A stretch of DNA of 64,000 nt from an uncultured Gammaproteobacteria bacterium (lineage in GTDB: Bacteria; Pseudomonadota; Gammaproteobacteria; JACCXJ01). The notes under the pieces are model-generated. The model had not been told where the DNA came from and did no database searches. It saw only the letters and a list, made by a program, of their open reading frames with translations. Both the position numbers and the translations under genes were made by a program. The stretch's first letter is position 1. Each line of letters opens with the position of its first letter. Location: positions 288,001 to 352,000 of the forward strand of contig CAVXTM010000001.1 in the NCBI GenBank assembly GCA_963764725.1, read 5' to 3'. Shown piece after piece: positions 63,303-64,000 of this stretch.

Positions 63303-63882
63303 GACTCTTGATGAGGCTATCGATCCCCGATTTACGGATCTCGGAGGCGAACGATGCGCGATAGGTCGCCACCAAGCTTACCCCGTCCACCGAAACGTCG
63401 AATACTTTCCAGGCGTTGTCTTTGACATGCATGCGGTAATTAATGGGAACTACGGCGCTGCCAGGCTGTTCTATTTCAGTGCGCACGGTAACCAGGGTGG
63501 CATCCGATTCCGCCCGCACCGGGAAATAGCGTGTTTCACGATCGGCATACTCGAGGAGCGCCGTCGCATAGGTTTTCACCAGCAATTTGCGAAATTCCTC
63601 TATGAAACGTGACCGCTGCGCCGCATCGGCGCTGCGCCAATACTTGCCCAGCACCCACTGGGACATACGCGAAAAGTCAAAGTGCGGAATAATCAGTTCA
63701 TCGACAAGCTGGTGCAATCGCACCGAATCCTTGCGCAATACGGCACGTTCGCTTTTTACCCGCGCCGTGACCTGGTCTGCCGTGCGTTTCACTAGCTCTT
63801 CAGCGTCTTTTGCGACGGCCGCGAGCGCTAACGCGCACCACGCGAAACAGATAAAAGAGACAACAAGTCGGATACGCTTCAT
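63277..63882 (-). CDS. mlaC: Periplasmic phospholipid shuttle MlaC
   Basis: Signal peptide, FDFSRM...LG..W, WKVFDV.VDGVSLV..YRASF. Confidence 0.93.
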   Translation of the reverse strand: MKRIRLVVSFICFAWCALALAAVAKDAEELVKRTADQVTARVKSERAVLRKDSVRLHQLVDELIIPHFDFSRMSQWVLGKYWRSADAAQRSRFIEEFRKLLVKTYATALLEYADRETRYFPVRAESDATLVTVRTEIEQPGSAVVPINYRMHVKDNAWKVFDVSVDGVSLVATYRASFASEIRKSGIDSLIKSLETKNEKK

Positions 63883-64000
63883 TGATGCCTAATCTCCAGC
63901 CTTACCGGTTTCCCGAGTCAGTGGCGTTCTATTCGTTCGTACCAAATCCTAGTCGACCTATCCCACAGGATCCGTTACCGCCGTTTATAAAATAGGCGCC

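Noticed and set aside
63890-64000. Possible 3' end of mlaD at the window edge
   Set aside because: No recognisable translation in any minus-strand frame; cannot be supported.

Overview
Moderately GC-rich gammaproteobacterial chromosome segment (inferred from gene order), almost all housekeeping. In order: (1) the rpoN/PTS-Ntr cluster on the minus strand (rpoN-hpf-ptsN-hprK-rapZ-EIIA-HPr, HPr cut by the window edge), preceded by NlpC/P60, RpfE-like, DUF2905 and rpiA instead of the usual lptCAB; (2) ilvA, a class II aldolase and a lone trpC; (3) a ~9 kb variable stretch (10.7-19.7 kb) with a metallophosphoesterase, DUF411, a membrane protein, a PmtA-type methyltransferase, an SDR, a decayed porin plus SHOCT-protein pair, yhcB/zapG, and a dead IS4-family (IS10-like) element with visible inverted repeats, a 9-bp target duplication and an extra orphan end; (4) pilBCD-coaE-zapD-yacG, Nudix-ThiE, argJ, secA, dciA, lpxC and a complete dcw cluster (mraZ to ftsZ) with MraZ boxes; (5) RNase P RNA, rsmI, lpoA-yraN-gmhA/diaA and an internally deleted dolP pseudogene; (6) petABC-sspAB, hisGDC, murA, bolA, mlaB, mlaC. 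I found no CRISPR array, prophage, integron, defence island or convincing intact novel multi-gene system. The most notable hidden signals are several unannotated pseudogenes, mostly of envelope genes, the IS ends where pilA normally sits, and promoter geometry suggesting leaderless mRNAs. All product calls rest on motifs and synteny recognised by eye; no searches were run.
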